Assembly: GCA_963768305.1 (NCBI GenBank)
Contig: CAVYHE010000006.1
Location: 10,692 to 74,691 of the forward strand
DNA from: an uncultured bacterium
Lineage (GTDB): Bacteria > Margulisbacteria > WOR-1 > CAVSGV01
Length of the DNA: 64,000 bases
Direction of reading: 5' to 3'
The notes under the pieces were generated by a model that saw only the letters and a program-made list of their open reading frames with translations, did not search any database and was not told where the DNA came from. Below, one piece after another: positions 32,472-40,936 of the stretch. Made by a program: the position numbers and the translations under genes. How positions within the stretch are numbered: the stretch's first letter is position 1; every line of letters starts with the position of its first letter.

Positions 32472-34542
32472 TAATGACTGCCCGGGCTAAAATATACAAT
32501 TTCTTAAATAGATATTTACATAAAATAAACCTTGAGAATATTATTATCGGTATTTGTTTTTTGATTTTAGCGGTAAAGTTTTACTCGGTCGCAGGCAGAT
32601 TTTTAGACACGGACGAAGAATATTATTTTTACATTACCTCGGCAATAAGTAAAGGGGTGAATATATATGCGGAGCTGAATTTCTCTATTCGCCCATCCCA
32701 TGGTATCTCTGTTCCGTGTTTTTCAGGCTTTTCCATAATCTGTATCAATCACTCCTAACGATAAGATTGCTTATAATCTCCCTTTCCCTGCTGAGCTTTT
32801 TTCTGATCTTTGATATGCTGAAAAGACTAAGGGCCTCTTGGTTTGTGATCCCGGTCACATTCTTTATACTTTACTCTATGCAATTCAGCCTTAAATTAAT
32901 GGAATATCGATCGGACAACGTACTGTTCTTTGTGCTTATTTTACAGGGGTATCTGATGTTTTTAATGTCACAATATACGGCTTTCTCCCCTTTAAAAATC
33001 GCCGCTGTTATTTTCTTGGCTTTTCTCAGTTTTCATATCAACCAAAAAGCGATCATCATAGAACTGCCTTTGTTGTTCGCATTTTGCGTTTGCTTCTTTA
33101 ATGATTTAAGCGTTTCGTTCTGATCTATAAAAAAGCCCTGCTCTTTTTTGGCGCAATTATAATTGTTTGCCTGATCTTTTCCAGGAACTACCATCAATTC
33201 TTCTGTCAATCATATATTTACGGCCCTATTATGTTAAATCAATTTTCGAAGATATCCCCTTCGGCTTCCTTTGTCAATAATCTTAATCTTTTGATCCCAT
33301 TTATTAAGGATAACTTGGCGTTTTAAATTCATCGGCTTGATCTCATCAATAGTTCTTTTACTTGCTCTAAAAACAATAAAAATTACCTGGTGCCGCTCAT
33401 GTTCTTGGCAGGGGCTGTGGTTTTAGTTTTAATAGCGCCTTTCCCTTTCATACACTATCAAGCTTATTGCGTTTGGGCCGTCTTGTTCTCACTCCTTTAC
33501 CTGATCAGCATCTGCATTAATTCCTGGCCCCATCGTAAAATATTGCTTTTCGTTATTTTCTTTCTGTTAGCTGCCAGCGGGGCTCTTACATTTCAGCGTT
33601 ATGAATTTCCTTTTCAAAATCTAAAAGGATACGCCACTGAAATTGACCATATGAGGAATAATCGGGGAAAACAAACTTGCTTCTTTTGGTGGATCGTCCA
33701 TTAACATCGAAAGTGACTTTCCGCTCTGGAGCGGGGAGCTTCAATTTGTGTATGGCACTAAAGCCCTTCAAACCAACACTGCAAGAACTACTTTAAAGGA
33801 TAAAGCGACTAAATTTGTTTTTATTGATCCGCGCAAAATATCGAAAAGACCCTTTATGGCGAAGACGGCTATTTTATAAAAGCTAATTATCAAAAATGTC
33901 ATGGCTTGCCTCTCATGATCGCTTCTAAATGGGCTTATCTTGGCCCTGGACAACGGACAATCAACATTGAAATTGCCGGCAAGTTCAAGGTTATGCCATT
34001 TTCAAATATATCCAATTCGATCACTCTGGATAACTATAAGCTAAAAAGCTTTCAGACCTTGTACCTGAAACAAGGGCCGCATTCTATTAAATCTGCCCTG
34101 CCAGCAGCTTTATTAATTGAGTTTGATTCAGCAAAGATCAACTCCGAAAGTTTTGATAATTTAAATGGTTCAAAATATCAATTTATACAGTACAATCAGG
34201 ATTTTTCAGGAAAATTCGAACTTTTAGGGGCAATTAAATACGAAAAATCCGGCAAGGCCTTTTATCGATTCTTTTGGAAAGCACTATCAGATATCAATGA
34301 TGGACTAATGGCATTTCATCATTTTTACGGCAGCGGAGGCAATTATATTAACGGTATAAATGTAGATCCAACGGATGGCTGGTTGACTCAGAGCTTTAAA
34401 AAGCGGTGAAGTAATTTCCTACGAGTTCTCAGTGGTTCTGAATAAAGAATATAAGTCCATGGATATCGGCTGGTATTATGAGCAAGAATGGAGCAGACGG
34501 ATACCATGCGGGGCAGGGACTTTTTACAGGATGTATATCTGA
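32456..34542 (+). pseudogene. GT-C-fold (ArnT/PMT-like) membrane glycosyltransferase candidate, heavily fragmented
   Basis: AT-rich. The pieces 32456-32758, 32716-33123, 33390-33704, 33906-34409 and a tail to 34542 are colinear in different frames. An N-terminal TM helix is followed by a DTDEEYY loop and many TM segments, then a soluble C-terminal domain. Family assignment is by architecture only. Confidence 0.45.
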
Positions 34543-34576
34543 TCTTCTGATATACTAATGGTTGATAATCTGCTAA

Positions 34577-34643
34577 GGCCCTATCGTCTAGTGGTTAGGA
34601 CAGCGCCCTCTCAAGGCGTAAACACGGGTTCGACTCCCGTTAG
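34577..34643 (+). tRNA. tRNA-Glu (anticodon CUC), 5' 67 nt only; the 3' acceptor strand is replaced by element sequence
   Basis: GGCCCUA-UC-GUCUAGUGGUUAGGAC-A-GCGCC-CUCUCAA-GGCGU-AAAC-ACGGG-UUCGACU-CCCGU-UAG, then UUCU, which cannot pair with GGCC. The arms closely parallel E. coli tRNA-Glu. Confidence 0.8.
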
Positions 34644-36102
34644 TTCTATTAAACTGGTTTTTGAAGCATGTTTCATTTGTAATTGCTCGAAGATAGGCGA
34701 AAATCTAGCGGTCCCAAACTTCTCTCCATCAAAAGCTATTCCTTCTGGAAATACCAAACTTTGGAACCTTTGCCTTAGGTCTAGCCCGGCGTTTGCCCAG
34801 AGGTTTGCTATATTTCCCATAAAAGCTTTGCAATAGTTTAAGCAGGATCCAACGTCATTGAGTTCGATCTTGGTTTCGTTCAACTCAGTTCTTTTAACAA
34901 TTATATCGTTATTAATATCTTCAATTTTTCTTTTGTAAGTTGCTTCATCAAAAGTCCCTTTGATGATCAACTCATCAAGCCTATCCTTCTTTTCTTCCAA
35001 AGCTTTAAGTTCTTTTTCAAGTCTGTATTCTTCTTTTATTTGTTCCGCTTGCTTATTTTTCCATACATCTAGGACAATAGCCTCGAATAAATTGAGGATG
35101 TCCGCGCTAGGTTGAATTGACTTCAAGAGTTCATAAAAACTCGTCTCCAAGGCCTCTTTTTTGACATATAACGAGCAACCCTTGGTTCTGCAATGATAAT
35201 AGGCGTATTTGTTCTTTCTGCCCTTTGACCAGCTTCCCGTTAGCTTTTTTTCGCATTTTGAACATTTAACAAAGTTTCTAAGAGGAAAGTCAGGGTTGCT
35301 CCTTACTCTTGGAGCAAAAGATGGTCTTTTACCATCAAGAAGAAGTTGAACTTTATAAAACGTATCTTTTGATATTATAGCCTCATGTATAGCTTCTATC
35401 ATATCCAGCGAGTAAACCTTGATAAGTCCAGCATATAGAGGGTTGCGAAGAATCTTCTTCAGCTTATTTTCGGTCAGCTCTTTATATCCTTGCTTTCTCA
35501 ACATATTAACAATATCAACTTGTCTATATAAGCCGGTCTCTGCGAGTTTGAATATCTCTTTAATGTATTTACTTTCCTGAGAAGGGATAAGCATCAGCTC
35601 TTTTATTATCTATAGATCGGGCATAGCCTTTTGGGACACGAAAAACCCAGCGACCTTGCAATAATGCTTCTTTCATGCCCTTTGTAGTTCTTTCTCCTCT
35701 TATTTCATTTTCATATTGAGATACAGCTCCGAGAATACTTCTAATAGCTCTCCCGGAAGGCGTATTATCATTATTTTCAGTTACCGATAATACATTAAGG
35801 CCATAACTACTTAATTTATTAATAAGTTCAAGATGATCGGTGAGGTTTCTTGCTAAACGGTCATATTTCCAGATGATCAAAGCAGATAATTGTTTTTTGT
35901 TTTCAAAAGAATATTTAAGCAACTTAATAAGCTCCGGCCTATCCTGAGTTTTTGCGCTCTCGCCGCGCTCAATAAAAAGCCTGTCAACCTCATATCCTTT
36001 ATTAAGAGCGAATTCTTTACAGTCTTTTTCTTGTGCCTCAAGACTATAGCCTTGTTCGGCCTGTTCTTTAGTTGAAACTCTGCAATAGATAATAGCCTTC
36101 AT
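34611..36102 (-). pseudogene. large serine recombinase (integrase), single +1 frameshift
   Basis: The N-terminal ORF 35569-36102 has MKAIIYCRVSTKEQ (catalytic Ser) and the resolvase domain. ORF 34611-35594 has the recombinase domain, a zinc ribbon CSKCEKKLTG...YYHCRTKGC and a coiled coil. The junction is repaired by removing one base from the run at 35601-35604. Confidence 0.85.
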
Positions 36103-36208
36103 TGGTTAACCTTTGTTGTTATTCCAAAACGAACCCAATTATTGGGTATTGGAGATATTTACATCCAAGCTCCCCGGTATAGGAATATTATATCTGATCG
36201 TTTTGCCG

Positions 36209-36672
36209 TTAAACGTTCAAGTTCAGTATTAGAGTTTTAATGATAAGGTTTAAGGTTGAAGTTTTATACTTTTGAAACTTTTCAAGCACCTCAATTGAAT
36301 TCCTGGCAATTTGGGGCTTATAACCTTCTTTTGTCATAAAACTGCCAAGATCCTTCAAGGAAAGAGCCTGTTATAGTTGGATCTGATTCCAACTTAATAT
36401 ACTCATTTTCAATAAAGCATATCCTCCGATAGACTAATAAGTTTGAAAGAACAATTTCAACTAATTGGCTTTCATAAGTATTCTCAGGTTGATAATATTC
36501 GTAGATTCTTCACAAAAGTCTTTGCTTTCAAGCTTATCATAGTCATTTACGATCTGCTGAAAAGGCCAAATTTCAAAGCATTCATTCTACTGATCAATTT
36601 TCCCTCATCGGTCTTAACCCCGCCCATTAAGGCATTTTGTTTATTTGCTTCTATTTGTTTTTCGGTTGTCAC
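36209..36672 (-). pseudogene. hypothetical element protein, fragmented over three frames
   Basis: AGGAGA SD plus GTG at 36672 gives MTTEKQIEANKQNALMGGVKTDEGKLISRMNALKFGLFS. It continues in other frames with YYQPENTYESQLVEIVLSNLLVYRRICFIENE and SIEVLEKFQKY. The pattern recalls a widespread uncharacterised family. Confidence 0.3.
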
Positions 36673-36811
36673 TACTATTTCTCCTATTATTAATATATTC
36701 GCTAACAGTTATCTCGGCTACTTTATATAAGCGATCTCTTATTTCTTCAATGTCTTTATCAGAATACTTAGAACCTTTAAGGTGTTTCCTGCATTGCTCT
36801 ATCGTAAACAC
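36641..36811 (-). CDS. small hypothetical protein (56 aa)
   Basis: AAAAGGAG SD plus GTG at 36811 gives VFTIEQCRKHLKGSKYSDKDIEEIRDRLYKVAEITVSEYINN. Below the ORF-track size cutoff. Confidence 0.3.
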   Translation of the reverse strand: MFTIEQCRKHLKGSKYSDKDIEEIRDRLYKVAEITVSEYINNRRNSSDNRKTNRSK

Positions 36812-36994
36812 GGCCCGACTCCTTTTGTATAGAGTTCGGGTTCATGCCGATACTTACTACATTTAATGTTTTATGTTGTTTCGAGTGCTTCTTGAAAACT
36901 TACACTTTTATTCTTTCTTCTTGACTTATGCTAACTTTTTTCCCTGCTCTTGTAATAATAGATATTTTTTGATAATTCTTTTGATCTAATAAAT

Positions 36995-37833
36995 TCAATA
37001 TTTCCTTGTCAGTAAATTCTCCTCTTTCCATGAAGTTGCTTTTATGTTTATTTCTTCATTATCGGTTTTCATAATTGTTATTTCTTGATACTCTTTATTT
37101 CTAATAATATCTATTATATTCTTTTCTTGTTCGGTTAAATGGTTCCTGAATAGGTCGGATATTGTTGAGCCGTCGCGTATTTTAATGTTTATGTTTCCAT
37201 ATTGCTTTGCAAGGGTATCTGCATACCAGAAAAAGGGGAGGACTATTAAAGGAGAACCGCAATAGTCAAACTTGGCATTAAACGCGACAAAGTCACGTTC
37301 AACCAGAAACATGGAATTATCTTCTTCGTCTATTGAAAGAATAATTTTTTCGCCGCATAAGCTTGCTAAGGTACAATATTCCAGTTGTTTAATATTCTCT
37401 TCCTCATTTTTTTGCTCTTTTAGGCGATGCAGTTGAATTTCTCCGCTAGAATGTTCAATTCGATATAAGCCTACTTTCTCGTTAGCAATTTTATGAAGAA
37501 CATTCTTAATTTTATCGATGGGGCATCCAATTTTCCTAAGGTCAGTTATTATAAGTAGTTTGATGATGTCTATCGCTAAAATTTGCGCCACCCAGACTCG
37601 GTATTTTCTCTTGATCCTGATATTATGTCTTTTGCATCCCAGTCATTTATCTTACGATAGGTTAAGTCGCTAACGATAGTTTGAGAGTTTTTTAGGGTAA
37701 ATATCGCCTCGTGAAAGTCATCAAATATTTGTTGAGAAAGCTTATAGTGCTCTGACAAATAAGTATCGAGTTTTCTGTTATTGTAATATAGTTCTATAAG
37801 AAATTTTCTTAGATCAAGTTTTTCGGCACTCAT
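36995..37833 (-). pseudogene. MerR-like HTH protein; two overlapping ORFs (37576-37833 and 36995-37591) that look like one gene
   Basis: Across the junction the sequence reads LTYRKINDWDAKDIISGSRENTESGWRKF / AIDIIKLLIITDLRKIGCPIDKIKNVL. This follows the MerR pattern (wing, then xxR-Y/F-S, then a helix ending LRxxG). The frame offset is -1, unlike the other breaks. Confidence 0.45.
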
Positions 37834-38022
37834 AATTTATACCATCAAGTATAATTCTATCACCCAGCAATTATACCGTCAAGTTCAATTTACAGCTATG
37901 CCGGGTAGGAATAAGGCCTAATTTCTCTCTGCTTGCTCTCTGTTCGCTCGTTGTTCGCTCGGTGTTCAACCAGTCTATTAAGAGCTTTTTGCCGCCCTTT
38001 TCTCGCGCTTCGTCCACGCTTC

Positions 38023-38205
38023 TTAATTACCTGTAATCTCGGCTTGGCATATTCTTGCTATAATACCTATGAAGCAACCTAGGCATACAAAGCCTACTCC
38101 TACAGTTGCTTGAGTTAATTCATTAAGTCCATAGACAACAGCAAATATTGCCAAAATAATAAGCAAATAATAGAACCCTTTTTTTACTGCCAGTCCCACA
38201 TCCAT
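38023..38205 (-). CDS. small membrane protein (60 aa), hypothetical
   Basis: The internal ATG at 38205 is preceded by AAAAAGGGGTGA. Two hydrophobic helices. Confidence 0.45.
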   Translation of the reverse strand: MDVGLAVKKGFYYLLIILAIFAVVYGLNELTQATVGVGFVCLGCFIGIIARICQAEITGN

Positions 38206-38227
38206 CTTATTCACCCCTTTTTTTTTA

Positions 38228-38392
38228 TTATTCTTTTTCGGCCGCCAAAGCCCATACAAAAGCAATAACCCAACCGATAAATGTCCATCCTAACAGAATA
38301 TTAAGCGCGACGATCCCAGCACCCCCTTTTTTGCCTATAGCGCAAAGTGAGGGCAGAAAATAAATAAACAAGCCTATTATTAAAAGAACCAT
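38228..38392 (-). CDS. superinfection-immunity (Imm_superinfect-like) small membrane protein, 54 aa
   Basis: Not in the track (under 60 aa). MVLLIIGLFIYFLPSLCAIGKKGGAGIVALNILLGWTFIGWVIAFVWALAAEKE matches the YFLP...LNxxLGWTxxGWxxAxxWA family pattern. Confidence 0.6.
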   Translation of the reverse strand: MVLLIIGLFIYFLPSLCAIGKKGGAGIVALNILLGWTFIGWVIAFVWALAAEKE

Positions 38393-38416
38393 AGCCTCGC
38401 TCTCCTTCTAGTTTAA

Positions 38417-38842
38417 TTATTCTGTTGAAGCGTTGCCGTAATCTTCCTCATGATCCAATTGCCCATTATCGTAATAGTATTTCCATAGACCAACTTCTCT
38501 TCCTTTAATATACTTTCCTATATCCTTTAATTGCCCATTCTCATAATAGGACTTACATAAACCATCCAGCAAACCATCGATATAATTCTCCCTTGTTTCC
38601 AATTGACCATTATAATAGTAATACACCCATATCCCCTCATTTTCGCCATTCACATACTTACCTTTTGTTTCCAATAGGCCATTTTCATAATAATATATCT
38701 GAAGACCATCAGGCATACCATCCTCAGTAACTTCATGATATTCTCGTATCTGCCCATTCTCATAGTAGGACTTTTCCACTTTTGCAAAAGATGGGCCTGT
38801 TAAAATAAGCATTAAGAACATTGCAAAAATTATCTTTTTCAT
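38417..38842 (-). CDS. secreted MORN-variant repeat protein (YwqK-like)
   Basis: Signal peptide MKKIIFAMFLMLILTGPSFA, then five or six repeats of YYENGQLxxxGxYxxGxxxGxW. Confidence 0.75.
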   Translation of the reverse strand: MKKIIFAMFLMLILTGPSFAKVEKSYYENGQIREYHEVTEDGMPDGLQIYYYENGLLETKGKYVNGENEGIWVYYYYNGQLETRENYIDGLLDGLCKSYYENGQLKDIGKYIKGREVGLWKYYYDNGQLDHEEDYGNASTE

Positions 38843-38912
38843 TGTTCAATTCCTCATTTTTCGTGCTGGTTTTATGCTAACAACACAAAGTCTTTATTAC
38901 CTTTCTTGTTTC

Positions 38913-39101
38913 TTATCCTTTAACGTAGTACCAGACGCTTAACGCTATCATCCCGACATAGACATATCCACTTATGCTGGGAGCTATCATTATCGCAAGG
39001 ATCCACCCGAAGCATATCGTGAACCACATCAGCCCGCCACGCCATTGCGCCCTTTTCTGCGCCCTGAATACTCCTTTCGTTATATCTTCTATGTCTGTCA
39101 T
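38913..39101 (-). CDS. small membrane protein (62 aa), hypothetical
   Basis: GAGGAGG SD upstream. Two TM helices. The competing overlapping ORF 38920-39108 lacks these features. Confidence 0.45.
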   Translation of the reverse strand: MTDIEDITKGVFRAQKRAQWRGGLMWFTICFGWILAIMIAPSISGYVYVGMIALSVWYYVKG

Positions 39102-39122
39102 AAAACACCTCCTCTTATTTGT

Positions 39123-39356
39123 TTATAATGTTATATTTTTGACCATGGATCGAGCCAAAAAACTTTTTTCTCGTTGTTCTTTCGTTGTTAGAAAGCGACT
39201 CGTAAGGCTAATTTTTCTTTTTTCGGTCTTTGTTTGATCATGCCCAAGAGGGTCATTTTGGAAGCTTAAAATGTCTATTTTCTCACGCTTCACTCGAGCT
39301 TCATTGAGAAAAGAAGAAGAGGCGATCTTGCGTTTATGCCTTACGCCGTTCCCCAT
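39123..39356 (-). CDS. basic hypothetical protein (77 aa), divergent from the XRE gene
   Basis: Lys/Arg-rich ORF starting 71 bp from the XRE start on the opposite strand, a cro/cI-like layout. Coding status is uncertain. Confidence 0.3.
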   Translation of the reverse strand: MGNGVRHKRKIASSSFLNEARVKREKIDILSFQNDPLGHDQTKTEKRKISLTSRFLTTKEQREKSFLARSMVKNITL

Positions 39357-39427
39357 AGGGAACTACTTTACCATCAAAAAATAATAATATCAAAGCCGTT
39401 CTTTCTGGGGAACGGGGGCTTAAAAAG

Positions 39428-39631
39428 ATGGTCAAAAATGAAATCGGGATGAGGATAAAACAGTTAAGAGAACAAAAAGGGTTGACGATCGAAAAATTAG
39501 CCTACGAAAATGACCTTGCAAAAGGCAATTTAAGCGAAATTGAAAAGGGGTTAATTGATCCTAGACTTTCAACTCTTGAGAAGATAGCAAAGGGCTTGGA
39601 TGTAAAATTAAAAGAACTTCTCGACTATTAG
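39428..39631 (+). CDS. XRE-family helix-turn-helix transcriptional regulator
   Basis: IGMRIKQLREQKGLTIEKLAYENDLAKGNLSEIEKG is a classic HTH_3 motif; 67 aa. Confidence 0.8.
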   Translation: MVKNEIGMRIKQLREQKGLTIEKLAYENDLAKGNLSEIEKGLIDPRLSTLEKIAKGLDVKLKELLDY

Positions 39632-39915
39632 CGACTTAATTGCAGATACATTTTCTCTAACCTCATAGAGATCGGAGAGCCATCATTCAATTGAGTGATG
39701 TTTTCTACGTCATCCCCACATTTAGCACATGTTCCCATAATGGCAACATTGCGCTCCTTATCAATATAGATCTTATAGTCTTTTACTGTTGCAAGGAAGC
39801 ATTTGTCGCAAGATGTATATTTAAGAATATTTGGGAAGTTTATGAAGGCATCCTGCATTATCTCTTCAAGCTGTTTAAGGTTGATCTCCCGCTGATCTGG
39901 TTTTTGAACATACAT
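39628..39915 (-). CDS. hypothetical protein with a CxxC...CxxC motif (95 aa)
   Basis: SCDKC ... CAKCG suggests a zinc ribbon. Converges on the XRE gene with a 4-nt overlap. Confidence 0.4.
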   Translation of the reverse strand: MYVQKPDQREINLKQLEEIMQDAFINFPNILKYTSCDKCFLATVKDYKIYIDKERNVAIMGTCAKCGDDVENITQLNDGSPISMRLEKMYLQLSR

Positions 39916-40172
39916 ACCAATACCCCCTGCCTCCGTCTTACATGCGTATTATTCTCTTGATAGAAGGCGAGGAATTATACGCCCGCGATATATGACAATG
40001 CAAGGGTTTGCAGTATCTATCTTCTCTACGGAGCTACTTTCCATAAAACAAATTCATCTATTCTACAATTCCAATACCAATAGGGATGTCTTATATTAAA
40101 CTGCCGGGGCCAATTCTCTTAATTTGTATATGGCCATGAGGTCGTTTATAATATGGTTCCAATTTGAATGTA

Positions 40173-40184
40173 TTAGGGCTGCCA
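40173..40184 (+). other. detached 3' end of tRNA-Glu: TTAG core plus GGCU (nt 69-72), G73 and CCA
   Basis: TTAGGGCTGCCA. GGCU pairs with the 5' G1-C4 (G1:U72 wobble, three G:C pairs). G is the usual bacterial tRNA-Glu discriminator, and it is followed by an encoded CCA. Confidence 0.7.
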
Positions 40185-40228
40185 ACTCGCTTCGTTCGGT
40201 TTGACTTTGACATAATGAAAGTTATAAT

Positions 40229-40807
40229 ATGTCTGCAATTCAATTTATAGGAGGAATTTATGAAAAGATTCTTATCGGTCTCGGAATTCTGGTCGTTATT
40301 ATCGTGATCGGCGCCCTCGTTTACTGCTCTTACATCGGGATGTTCACGAAGATCAATATTACTGAAGAACAAATGGGACCGTTCTATTTCGTATACGCAC
40401 CATATAAAGGTGATTATGCGAAGGTCGGCCCGACCATGGATAAGGTCCGCGCAAGACTTGAAAGCGAATTCGGCATAAAGCCGATGAGAGCCATGGGCAT
40501 ATATTACAGCGATCCCAGATCTGTCAAAACCGCAGACTTGAAGGCCGACGTGGGATTTTTGCTGGAAAAGTCATATGAAACCCTGGCCGATTCAATAATG
40601 AAAAAAATGTGGGTCAGGATAATGTTCCAGAAAAATTACATGGTCGCGGAGTTTCCCATGAAGAACAAAACATCCATTATGGCGGGAATTATGAAGGTCT
40701 ATCCGGAAGTCACTAAATACATGAAGCTCAAAGGCTACAAACCCGTTCCTGCCATAGAGATCTACGAAAAAGACAGGATCATATACGCTTTCGAAATAAA
40801 GCAATAG
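40229..40807 (+). CDS. membrane-anchored GyrI-like (SRPBCC/AraC effector-binding-like) domain protein
   Basis: N-terminal TM helix, then PFYFVYAPYKGDYAKVGPTMDKV...AIEIYEKD, which resembles GyrI-like small-molecule-binding domains. The start is uncertain: a strong SD (AGGAGGA) serves an out-of-frame ATG at 40260. Confidence 0.6.
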   Translation: MSAIQFIGGIYEKILIGLGILVVIIVIGALVYCSYIGMFTKINITEEQMGPFYFVYAPYKGDYAKVGPTMDKVRARLESEFGIKPMRAMGIYYSDPRSVKTADLKADVGFLLEKSYETLADSIMKKMWVRIMFQKNYMVAEFPMKNKTSIMAGIMKVYPEVTKYMKLKGYKPVPAIEIYEKDRIIYAFEIKQ

Positions 40808-40936
40808 AAATTTCTCCGCTTTTTTAGAAAGTTCGCGATAACCCCGCATCCGGTCGCATTAGGGCGTTTTACCTTCGGACCTTCAAAATATCAAATAGAA
40901 GACATATCCGATTTATGTTAAGATATTTCAAAATAT

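Larger units (their letters stand above)
34644..40176. mobile_element. 5,533-bp integrative element (serine-recombinase type) inserted in tRNA-Glu
   Basis: Bounded by TTAG at 34640-34643 and 40173-40176. AT-rich. A large serine recombinase gene sits at the left end. Cargo consists of small phage-like genes (XRE repressor, Imm-like protein, MerR-like protein). The missing tRNA 3' end lies immediately outside the right boundary. Confidence 0.75.

Noticed and set aside
34647-34656. A 10-bp direct repeat, TATTAAACTG, at 34647-34656 and 40094-40103, considered as the att core of the element.
   Set aside because: Using it as the boundary does not restore the tRNA acceptor stem. The TTAG junctions (34640-43 and 40173-76) do so perfectly. 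The repeat may be an accessory site or chance in AT-rich DNA.
36443-36866. Plus-strand ORFs 36443-36730 and 36645-36866 in the element.
   Set aside because: Low-complexity Leu/Ile/Phe strings with no SD. The minus strand carries SD-preceded ORFs with more protein-like sequence.
40106-40112. GGGGCCA at 40106-40112 as the detached 3' end of the tRNA (UAGGGCC-A).
   Set aside because: It lacks the preceding TTAG and a following CCA. The 12-mer TTAGGGCTGCCA at 40173-40184 is a much better and more specific match.
40260-40307. ATG at 40260 with an ideal AGGAGGA SD, giving only a 15-codon ORF out of frame with the GyrI-like gene.
   Set aside because: Probably the true start of the 40229-40807 gene (MKKILIGLGILVV...) displaced by another indel in the AAAA run. 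This cannot be proven from sequence alone, so the track ORF coordinates were kept.
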